DNA from: Lingula anatina
Taxonomy: Eukaryota > Animalia > Brachiopoda
Reading direction: 5' to 3'
Length of the DNA: 64,000 nt
Assembly: GCA_051362555.1 (NCBI GenBank)
Contig: CM120640.1
Coordinates: forward strand, 44,556,788 to 44,620,787
Shown: positions 12,925 to 23,558 of the stretch, piece by piece
Position numbering within the stretch: position 1 is the stretch's first letter
Layout: every line of letters begins with the position of its first letter
Translations under genes and position numbers: made by a program
The notes under the pieces: model-generated
Told to the model about the DNA's origin: nothing
Seen by the model: the letters and a program-made list of their open reading frames with translations, nothing else
Database searches by the model: none

Positions 12925-15900
12925 TTAGAGATTATGAGTTGCAAACTCTACCATTTCTTCCTCGTTAAGTCTTTTGTCATCGCTTCCGTATCCTTCCGAA
13001 TAATCATCCAAATCAAATCGCACTTTTCTTTCCTGGGTTTGTTCGGGATGATTTTTTAAATCTTCTTTACAAAATCTGTAGATAATTGGCACGCTCATAG
13101 CATGGCTCATAACATTGCTTGTTGTCCTTAACCGATCACTGAAACCAGAATAATATTTTTATATAATATGAACAGATTTTCAATCCACATTTTGTAAGTC
13201 TATAAAAGCTATGGAAAACACCTAATTATTGCATACGTACTATTGTTGTTATATACATCAACACCTCGACTGTGCTCCCTATGAAAATTCAAACGATGAA
13301 AATGTTGATTCCCGTCACTTACAGTAACCATTCGACTGTGAACAGCAGCGCTATTTCCTGGACAGGAAGATTAAGGGAGGTCAGTAAAATCACTATGGTA
13401 ACGATGCTAGAGCTGGGGACAGATGGAAGGGCCATGCAAGCTACTGTGGTCAGTGTCCTGTAGGAAAAGGATAGTGTTATTTAATTTCTGAGGTTTACCT
13501 TACAAGTGACATTTGCAAGACAGGTACACAATGTAGAGGAAGCGCACTGCTAGAGAAACATATTCAATGCAAATTAAATTAAGATGCTTCTTTTACACTT
13601 TTGCTATTCTAAAGAATGAATGTTATTTCAGTGATACCAATATTACTATCAATTTTGAATTCCGTTCAAGAGAAGGAGAGAGACAGGTGATTCCAACAAA
13701 GTTAACTTACACCAACATAACGATTTGCCCAGCGTCCAACGTAAACCCCTCCAACTGGCTGAGAAACATAGATGCAGAGACTATGTACAATGCACTACCA
13801 TCAGCATTAAGAGTCGTCACGAATGGGACAGCAAACCTTGTAAGACGCGAGTCGATTTTGTGCTTTTCTTCACAAGCTTTAATCACGTCGGGAATCGCCA
13901 TTGCTCTGAAAATGTAAAACCGATGTACTTTTAATCAAAGTTAGTCTTTTGCAGATTCTTCTAGGGAAACATTCTCAGTATTCGATTGCAGCCTGAAGCG
14001 AAAATTACCCATTCAGTTCAAGTTATCATGTTACGAGTATGTCTAATTCAGAAAAACCATCGGTACAATGTAGGTCTATAGATAAAAGAAAAAAAAAACA
14101 CTTACCCGCTAGTGGACGCAAAAGCTGTCACCCATGCTGGAATGTTGGAAAAGAAGAAACGGAAGGGGTTATTTCTAACAATAACGAAATATAGCAGCGG
14201 CAACACAACAAGCTGATGGATGGCGAGCCCGGCTGTGACGGTGACAACGAACAGCCCTATTCTGGCCAGGGTTTCCTCGATTTCGGTAATGGCGGCCAGG
14301 GAAGCTGCCATCAGACTGACGATGCCGATGGGAGAGTACCTAATAGAACAAAACGTTATACTTCTTATTAATTTGATTTTCAATTTTAAACCAAAGAGGA
14401 TAATGAATCTTCATTTGCATAGGAAGTTAAAATGGAAATAGATTGGTTCATTAGAAGATAAATCGCATTACGTACAACTTTCTTAATATAAGAAATACTT
14501 AAAACGTGTTTGTAGTCACTTGTTGTGGGACTATTTCTTTATAACTAAGAAATAAGAAAAACAAAACAACGACCTTCAGAATACTTGAAAATAACACTAA
14601 TAGTTTTGTGTATACATACGATGTTATATAAGCATGAACGAGCACATATGGCAGACCGGTGTGACAAGAATGGTAGTCCTAGGAATAGAAGTCCGAGATT
14701 CCATATGATTAGTGCAGGTTTAGTGAAGTATAGGGATTAGTATATGGAACGAATGTTACCTGTACAAAGTAATTGGCAACGGACTAACCCAGCAAACACA
14801 AAACGTCCTTACCACGTGGAGAAATGTGGTATATATGTGACGTGGGAAATCAACGTTTTATCAACGTGGTATCATTGTTATCGCCAAATGTTAAACATAT
14901 TATATCATCTTATTCAAAGTAACGTTGCTGCCACGTTATAGGTAACGTGGGGTTGAAACGTGTATTCCACGTAAAAAGCGGGTGCAAATTTACGTGGGAA
15001 CCACGTTCAAAGTAACGTTACTGTCACGTTATATGTAACGTGGGGTTAAAACGTGTATTCCACGTAAAAAGCGGTTGCAAATTTACGTGGGAACCACGTT
15101 CAAAGTAACGTTGGTGCCACTTTATAGGTAACGTGGAGCTGCAACGTGTATTCCACGTTACAACCTTACAGATTTACGGGTATTTCACGTTCAATCCTCT
15201 CATGGATTTACGTGGGAACCACGTTTAGAGTAACATTGCTGCCACGTTACACGTAACGGGAGGGTGAAACGTGTACTCCATGTAAAAAAGGGCTATAGAT
15301 TTACGTGGGTACCAAGTTCAAATTAACCTTGCTGTCACATTCAGTAAGACGTGCTCACCACGTGGTGTCAACGTGGACTTGTTTGTTAGGAAGGTCCCTA
15401 GCGGACTATTATTCCTGTCACACCGGCAACAACAAAACGATCAGCGGTGTGGTGATGTCGGGTGCATCACCTGCTTCTGCCCTCTGAAAGTGCTTCAATC
15501 TTATTCGAGCACTAAAAACAATTCTTAAACTGACAACTTTTCACAGCGCCGCTTCCTTCAATTACTCCCTCACAACCTAAATTTTCTTATACATTTTTGT
15601 CGTTCTTTTTTAATGGCTGTTCAGTTTAATCTGATAATGCCTCTTACCAAAGAAACCATCGCAATATTGTGATCACTATTTCGCTTGTGGATGAAAAGAA
15701 CTTCAAAAAGGGCCTGCCCTTTTCTTTGTTGGCGCTTGTTGCTATTCCAAATATCATTGAACACACTATGATTCCTGGCAAAGAGATAAAAATTAACTAG
15801 AAAAGCACTCCGAGAGCGCAGACCTCCGCCAAGGCAGCAATTTTTGATTATTATTGATTGTTGATTGATTATTGATCCGGATCACCACCAAAAACTAATC

Positions 15901-18612
15901 ACTTCTAAGTTAACCCATTTCTGACCTACCCTAATAATTTCATCAAAATCGGTCCATAACTTTTTGAGTTATGTTGATGACAAACAGACAAACAGAAAGA
16001 CAGGGGTGAAAACAACCTCCTTGGCGGAGGTAAAAATATATGTATGCAAGACCACGCAAATAAGCATGCACAGAAATTACAAACTATTCAAATCCTTTTT
16101 TTAAATAAATAAAGCTTAACAAAAGCAACCTTGAAACCACCTACCAAGAATGTTTGACCCGTCACTATATCCAACGGATTTTTTTACTTCTTTTACGGTT
16201 TTATTTACTAAACCTTCTGTAGTGTTTACTTGTGCGATTTTCAAGGTTTCGCCATAATACGTCTGGACCTAGAAATACAAGAACCAGGTAAGCATGAAAG
16301 GTGATAAGAATCTATCTACAGCATCAAACTAATTCTTATACAAATACAAACTGAACCAGATTTTCCTAATACAGGTAATAACTAGTGGGCTAACAATCTA
16401 CCTCCCGTATGCCTTATGCAATCTCCATTCCCATAATAGTCGGAGCTTATGCTAAGGTCACAAACCAAATGGTACCGCACATTCAAAATCATAAAAATAG
16501 ACGAATTTCTATTTATCTTTCATCATTAAAAGAAAAATTAAAATGTTGTACAGATTTAACATGTAAAAAAAGCTAGCACTTCACCTGTTTACTGCACGCC
16601 CGAATGATATTGTCGGGGAATATATTCCTGATCAAATCAGCAAAGATGTCCTGCGTCTGCAGGGTCTGCTCAAGGCCAGATGACCCCCCATCTTGGTTTG
16701 GAGAGTTACCTGAAACGAAAGAGCAACGTTTCGATTGATTTGTTTATGAATCACTGACATGGGAGGTACCCTGCGTATCCGGTACATACTTGTTGTCTTG
16801 ACATATACATGGTAATAAAAATGTTTATGTTTACTCTACAACTGCTTGCAGAACTAACCGTTGTCAACGCAAAGTTTAAAAACTAGATCTATTACTTTTT
16901 CTGCATGTCATTCAAATACTGGAATAAAACCTGGGGCTTCCTCTTTAACCAGGGGGCAGAACGCCACTTACGAGAGATAACGCCAGTACTCATAAACTCA
17001 GGGTGACTGATATTGATACAAATGGAAAAGCAAACCAAATTTCTTTTTTGTATCTTAACTCTTGAGCAATGTCTTTGAGAGAAAGTTCAGCATACCTGGT
17101 TGAATAAGTAGAGTCAATACCACTGCTAATACACAACCAATGATGTTAGTGAGCACAATATATACCAAAGCAATCATGCTCATCTTCCCATTGGTTTTGA
17201 GACTTAATGAAGCAGTTCCTAAAAAGCAAAAATTTAAGATTTATTTATAGAAAAAAAACACTGACTGCAAATTGGCAGTTGGAAAGACAAAATCAGATTC
17301 ACGGGCTACAGACACAGTATTTTTGTTGTTTTTTGCCAAGAGGTGTCTCAAGTTCGCCTCCCCCCCCCTCCCCCAACATCTCCCGGTCCTCCATGACAGC
17401 ACGCGTCTGTAGTAAAATCATTGGTCGTCTGGTGTCTTTTTTGTCCTGTTTTCATTATTTACGTCATGGGTCAAGGGGTCAAGTAATCCGTTTAAAAACG
17501 CATCTGTAACAAAGACAAATATCTTCGTTCATTGCCATTTATCCAAACGGATAAAGCACCTTTGTTCTTAGACAGCCCTCTCCGCACCAAACATAATCAG
17601 CGAGTGATTAATTTGAAAGACGTCTCTCATTGACAGACTTTCCTCTTAAAGTCGATCAAACCAAGGAGTTATAACAGATCTGTTATAACTCCTTGATCAA
17701 ACGCAATTTTAAACAATCTACTTATTGGATCAATATAGCGTTCCCTCTTATCGTGTGATCATCTGTTCGACATTCTGATCCTGCATGCCTATCATGCACA
17801 ACAATATATTAGTGATACATAAACATCATCGTTGGCTTCTTTTTTTAGACTTGTCACGCAATGTAAGAAGGTTTCACATTTCACAAAATGTCCCACCATG
17901 GCTGTTGTGCATTGGTGTAGTCAAATCAACGATATCATATGTGAACGAAATTTTTGACAATCTTTAAAAGGAAACATTATTTGTTTCTCTTGAATCTTAT
18001 TTTGTGAGTGCGCACATGCTCATGCCTTTGACAGTAGGACTTCCGAGGCGTGAGTCGGCAGTTTTTTCCACTTTCGGGAACAGGGGTGAACGGGCAAACG
18101 ATGCTCATCCTTTAAAGAATGACGGTTACATCAGAAGCACAGAATAAAAAAAAGGTCGATATGGCATTATGTCTTACCAGTTATTACGTTAGAGACAATG
18201 AGAGGAAGTATCATCATCTTCAACATTCGTAGAAATACATCACCAGGCATTCCTGGAAGAGAAGCAGTTCGCTAATTAAAAAATAGGTTTACTCTCTATA
18301 TTTTCTAGAATCACAGTCCTCCTTATTGTTAGTGTCAGTACTCCCAGGCATACCGACGAAAGTTTCTGATGTCATTGATAAGATTTGCAAGGATATTCTT
18401 TAAAACCTAAACTGCATAAAAATAATCCTTTTTATTGAAATTTGCAATCCAAATTATGTGTAATTATTATTGAAAAATGTACGCGAAGATTTATGGGAAA
18501 GTGCTGACGTACTTCACCAGGAATGTATATAAGGCACTGTTAGACTTTTTTGTTAGAATTACTATGTTGGGACAAGGCACAAGCAATAATAATAATAATA
18601 ATAATAATAATA

Positions 18613-18651
<39 letters not shown>

Positions 18652-19068
18652 ATTATAATAATAACGCTAGTATCACAAGATCTATCTTTACACATATATT
18701 GTTTCCTATTATTTCGGCAGCCTTTTGCTTTTATCATTTCCTAGACATCTTATATGAAATATTCTTTTTATCCTGCCTGCTACGGCAAAAATCTTGTTGA
18801 AGAAGCACCCGTTCACATTACCTAACCACATCAGGGCATCCTTTGACGGCTGTAACAGACGCACCGTAAAACCTAGGACCGCTCCTATGACAATCGCTAT
18901 TAGGGTTAAAATTAACAAGAGGTTCTTCTTGACCCCCTTTTTAACTTTTTTCCTCCAGTCTTCAGGTGTTCGACTATGAACCTGTCTGTCTTCTCCAAAA
19001 GAGAGGGTGGAATCGTGTGGTGAGCTCTGCATTGACATAAGCTGTGCTTCGCTGCTGTTCGACTCCAT
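12925..19068 (-). CDS. SLC1 / dicarboxylate-amino acid:cation symporter (EAAT-like), divergent
   Basis: Exons (minus): 19068-18822, 18252-18178, 17218-17096, 16709-16585, 16268-16145, 15774-15648, 14339-14106, 13905-13711, 13457-13323, 13138-12925. Family motifs NLLLILT, PGDVFLRMLKMMILPLI, DLIRNIFPDNI, YSPIGI, NPFRFF, IDSRLTRF, DRLRT. A probable 5' UTR exon ends at the donor near 19828. Confidence 0.92.
14788..15391. mobile_element. MITE-like element with internal 93-bp ACGT-rich tandem repeats
   Basis: Begins CCCAGCAAACA and ends TGTTTGTTAGG (imperfect TIR). Units start TTCAAAGTAACG at 14913, 15006 and 15099 (93-bp period), followed by degenerate copies. Confidence 0.75.
15795..16033. mobile_element. 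Helentron-associated (HINE-like) interspersed repeat, copy 1
   Basis: ACTAGAAAAGCACTCCGAGAGCGCAGACCTCCGCCAAGG at one end, inverted CCTTGGCGGAGG at the other, with an internal GACAAACA microsatellite. A close second copy lies at 53587-53812. Confidence 0.75.
17662..17695. mobile_element. 34-bp perfect palindrome with 7-bp TSD (probable DNA transposon excision footprint)
   Basis: CAAGGAGTTATAACAGA+TCTGTTATAACTCCTTG, flanked by ATCAAAC at 17655-17661 and 17696-17702. Confidence 0.75.
18585..18664. repeat. (AAT)n(ATT)n microsatellite
   Basis: An AAT run directly followed by an ATT run; source of the spurious poly-I/N/Y ORFs. Confidence 0.95.
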
Positions 19069-19492
19069 TTTAGTTATATACACTTGGCCAACACTGAGAA
19101 ATGTCCAGCTACTGGTATTTGAAAAATAGACATTATAAATGATTTATAATTCAGAAATAAGATAAGAAGAAAACGCCTTACAAAACAAACAAACAAACAA
19201 ACAAACAAACAAACAAACAACAACAGCAATAAAAATAATAATGATAATAAAACTGATAGATACATGATTTATTCAATGAGAAAATGGGCATTTCTATGTT
19301 GGATATCACAAGCGTTTTGACAACTTGGAATAGGATAAACAATCAGGCCTAATATAAAATCTCCGTATATTCCGACATTCGACAAATTTCCATTAAACTG
19401 TGTAATGCATATACATGTATGTACATTGCTAATTATAAAATATGTAGATAACCCTTATCGCGTGTGTTAGCGACAAAAAAGACTGTATGAAT

Positions 19493-19528
<36 letters not shown>

Positions 19529-20822
19529 GTCGCTAGACTTGTACTTGTTTAACCTGCATGTACATGTATAAAACGCATTAAGGGTTAGTGTTTTTGTACT
19601 GTTTAATGTTTAATTTAACAACGATATCTCGGTTGTCATCTGCGGTCTACCTGTACGCCGTAGTTACCCCAATTTAAAATTTCCGTATCTGATATTTTAG
19701 TGTAAGGACATTAGCAAGATTGTGTGCTGACATAAGAAAACTTGGCAAATATAGATTCATACAATCAAGAGACTTTCTTAACAGTTGCATTTATATTAGT
19801 TCTTTATCATAACGTGCTATTACTTACCTGCGTCGGCCTTGTCAATTGTCCTGCCTTTAAGCATACGTGTTAAGTCTCTCTTGTGAGCTGATGCAATACA
19901 AATAATGCCAATTCACGGTGAGCTAGCAAAAAATATTCATTAATAATTCGGTCAATGGTTTAAGGTGAATTAAACTACTGCAGTTCATTAAAGAAACAGG
20001 ATTGGCCTGTTGTCGTTGTTCGGGTTTTTATAATGTCTTTGTGTTACATAAATCCCCCTGGTCGCACTGATTTGAACCGTTCTCCATTCAAGTGCATTGC
20101 CAGGTCTCTGAAGTCCGGTTCGAATACATATATAATGCATGTGGGCATTTATGGACTATGTATCCGGACATTTGACCATCACTGCCGTAAGCGTCACAGT
20201 GCACTAACCTCGTTAACGTTTAAGTACCATCATCCGGCTGTGTATTATTAGCCTACTACTCTCAAACTTACGAGAAAATAAAGCTATGGGGAATAAAAAC
20301 CTGCCTGATTGAATTGTTTTTTTTTCTTGAATTATTTCTTTATTTTTAACTTTTTTTACCCATTAGCGATTTTTAAGTTCACAGTAACAGCTAGTTTTAA
20401 ATTACAATTATTGGACCAACTTGAGGAACAGCTGGGCATCAGACTGAACAATAAAATGTTGAACACACTACCAGCCCTAAAGGAGCAAAACATTATCAAT
20501 TTACATTTTTATCTTTCTTTATATATATATAGTTTACAACAATTTAGGTTACCTGCATAAGTGTATAAAAAAACATGAAAGAATGCTGTATATCTATACT
20601 CACTTTCGTTCATTAAAAGTTCCATTTTATCAACAGGGGGTAGTTCATTTTGTCATGGTGAAAAACAAATAGAGTACAATTGCAGGATTGTTGGTCAATT
20701 AGAGTTTAATAATTGGATAAAATATAAATTAACAATCACATGACTACTGGCCATCATGAGGTCAAACATTTGTCTAACATTGTAAAATGTGTGCGGTGCT
20801 TGTTTACATTGTAATTGACTGT

Positions 20823-20825
<3 letters not shown>

Positions 20826-20901
<76 letters not shown>

Positions 20902-21156
20902 TAAAATTAATAAATAAATAAACAAAAGACATACTATAACCCCGACTCCGAGTTTCACGGGCATACCCAGAAGGTATGCCTGATCGTCAGGAGGTTTATT
21001 TGAAAATGGTTATATTAGCAAATATACCTTCTGGGTATGCCCGTGAAACTCGGAGTCGGGGTTATAGTATGTCTTTTGTTTATTTATTTATTTATTAATT
21101 TTAATTGTGTACAAATGCTCCGTACTGTTGAGCACTCTGTTCCACATTCACGCTTG

Positions 21157-21232
<76 letters not shown>
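20826..21232. repeat. ~85-bp inverted repeat (fold-back element) between (TA)n/(CA)n microsatellites
   Basis: 20895-20977 is the reverse complement of 21024-21110 apart from one extra 4-bp unit, with a 46-bp spacer. Microsatellites at ~20826-20898 and ~21158-21232. Confidence 0.9.
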
Positions 21233-21235
<3 letters not shown>

Positions 21236-21704
21236 ACTTTGATGACAGAGAAATGGATGTATCCAAAAGGTATTTTATTACAAATACATGTACAATACAT
21301 TGTACTTTAATAAATATTTTACATCACATATTTGTAATTGCTTTTATATCTACAGAGCATGCAACTAACACTAAATGATCCCATACATGAATCTTTCTTT
21401 TACAGACTTTGATGACAATATTTTTCATAAACTTCATAATCATAAATGGCCTTAAACTTGTTATTTACTTACAAACATTTTAAAAGTTAGAACATATCTA
21501 GTTACTTCAAAGCCACCTGTCTACCTTCCCTAGAAAGGAAAATATGGACCATTAAATTGCAAATTCTTTGATTCATTCAGTCACAATTCTACAAAATTAA
21601 AGACATATAAAGAGGTATATAAAGAGGCATTGGTTCCTTTCGGAGATATATGCCTTGATAACTGCTTTTTTAAAAATATTTTGTTTTAGATAAGCCATCT
21701 TTTC

Positions 21705-23217
21705 CCGGTGTACCATGAAAATCTGACTCCCCCAAAATGTAACTCCCCAGTCAGATTTTCATAGTGAAAATGTGACTCCCCAGTCAAATTTTCATAGTGA
21801 AAATGTGACTCCCCCCCATGAAATTTTGACTCCCCCCACAAAATTGAATAAATGTTATTTTATTTGAGTATATGACTTTAATATTGTAGTATGCATAATG
21901 GCGGATACATTGGCACTTTTTGTTAGTTTGCAGGGGAAAATTTGATGAGAAAATAAGAAAATTAAAAATGTGTATTTTACCACCCAATGCCTTCCCTATG
22001 AAAGAGCTGTTTATTTGATATTTGGTGATCATTTCAACATCTTTCCCTTAAGTATACTTTATAAAGAATATATTGGAAATATTTGAAAGTTGGTGGTAAA
22101 ATATTGGGTGCAAAAAATGAAAAAAAAAAAAACCTTGAAAAATCTTTATATTCATACCCATGGGATTTGGACTCCCATGAAGAAAAGGCCCTATTTTACA
22201 TTTAGTCACCATACCATTGTTTTCCACATGGTTTGCATTGTGACATATATTTTGTTAGTATTTGAAAGTTTGGGGGTGAAAATTGATCATTTTTGCATTC
22301 ATCTTACTACCCGTAGGATTTGGACTCCCATAGCCTTTTCATAGGAGTTACTGGGTGGAAAAATACATGTTTTTGATTTTCTTAATTTCTCATGAAAATT
22401 TTCAAAAAGTGCCAATGTATCCTCCATTATGCACACTACAAGATAAAAGTTATATACTCAAATAAAATAAGATTGATAAAGTTTTGTGAGGGGGAGTCAA
22501 AATTTCATGGGGGGAGTCAGATTTTCATTTTTCACCCGTCACACTAGAGGCAGAATGAGCAAGAATGCCGTCGGAAAGACAATTTTTTGTGCGCTCCTGG
22601 ATATTCGAAGAGCATTCTAAAAATTCCGAGTGCATTCTAAATATTTTTACCCATTCTTGTGGCATCCTGAATGTTTTTGTCATGTCAAAAACTTTCGAAG
22701 TGCATTCCAAGTGGAAATTTATCGAATGGCATTTGAACAGTATTCTTACTGCACTATGACTGCATTCCAAATATTCTCACGGCATTCTGACAGCATTCGC
22801 AACATTCTGATCACATTAGAGGAATATTCGAACTGACAAGTGACTTAAGGCCCCCGTCAAACTTATTCTAAATCAGTAGGAATCAAGCCGCAATTACTAA
22901 ATTAAAAAATTCGTTCCATATTCGGGAGGGAATTTCAAATTATCATAAAATATTACTGCTTTGTAAGAATGCCTCTGGAATACTAAGAATGCACATTGAA
23001 CCCGCCTGGAATGATTCTTGCACATTCCAGGTATATTACCTCTCAAATGCAGCTTGAATGTAGTTGGAATACTGTAGGGATATTGCGATAAATTTCCTCT
23101 TGGAATGCACTTCGAAAGTTTTTGACATGACAAAAACATTCGAGTGTGGCAGGGGCATTATGACATTTTGACTGGGGGAGTCAGATTTTCATGGGAGTCA
23201 GATTTTCATGTTACAGG
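21705..23217. mobile_element. Fold-back DNA element with long imperfect TIRs and GACTCCCC sub-repeats, interrupted by a second element
   Basis: Left end GTGTACCATGAAAATCTGACTCCC versus right end GGGAGTCAGATTTTCATGTTACA. ~21790-21975 is inversely similar to ~22350-22527. Confidence 0.75.
22536..23157. mobile_element. GAATGC/GCATTC-rich MITE-like insertion (Harbinger-like ends), nested
   Basis: Ends CCCGTCACACTAGA and TCGAGTGTGGCAGGGG, with an internal end-like GGCCCCCGTCAAACT at ~22848. A ~55-bp segment at ~22670-22723 recurs inverted at ~23087-23140. Confidence 0.55.
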
Positions 23218-23558
23218 GTGTACCATGAAAATAGTGCACCAACCTGAATATCCCTAAGGCATTGCTATGGCATCGATTGTTAAATCAGTTAAAATTACCT
23301 CACTTAATACAGAATTGCCACAAGTTGACTGATTTTCATCAAAATCATCACCAGAAGTTGGTTTGTATTTCTCCCTTTTCACTTTATGGCTCTCTTTTGT
23401 GCATGTTATGATGGCGTGTCACCGAGATGGTTTTATTTTCTCCATTTTAAATAATTATCTTTTGTAATAATCATGCTTGTCCAAAGCACAGCTAAGATTG
23501 CAAGTTGCAACTTCCATGACTAGTAGTTGAGGTTTACCACAATTTAACTCCACACTTA

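Noticed and set aside
14913-15200. Regularly spaced repeats resembling a CRISPR array
   Set aside because: Whole units repeat with no unique spacers, the context is a eukaryotic intron, and there are no cas genes.
18477-18800. ORFs with poly-I, poly-N and poly-Y tracts
   Set aside because: Translations of the (AAT)n(ATT)n microsatellite in an intron.
20695-21234. Two ORFs with identical N-termini (MPVKLGVGVIVCLLFIYL) on opposite strands
   Set aside because: Artefact of the inverted repeat running into TA/CA microsatellites; no splice or coding signal.
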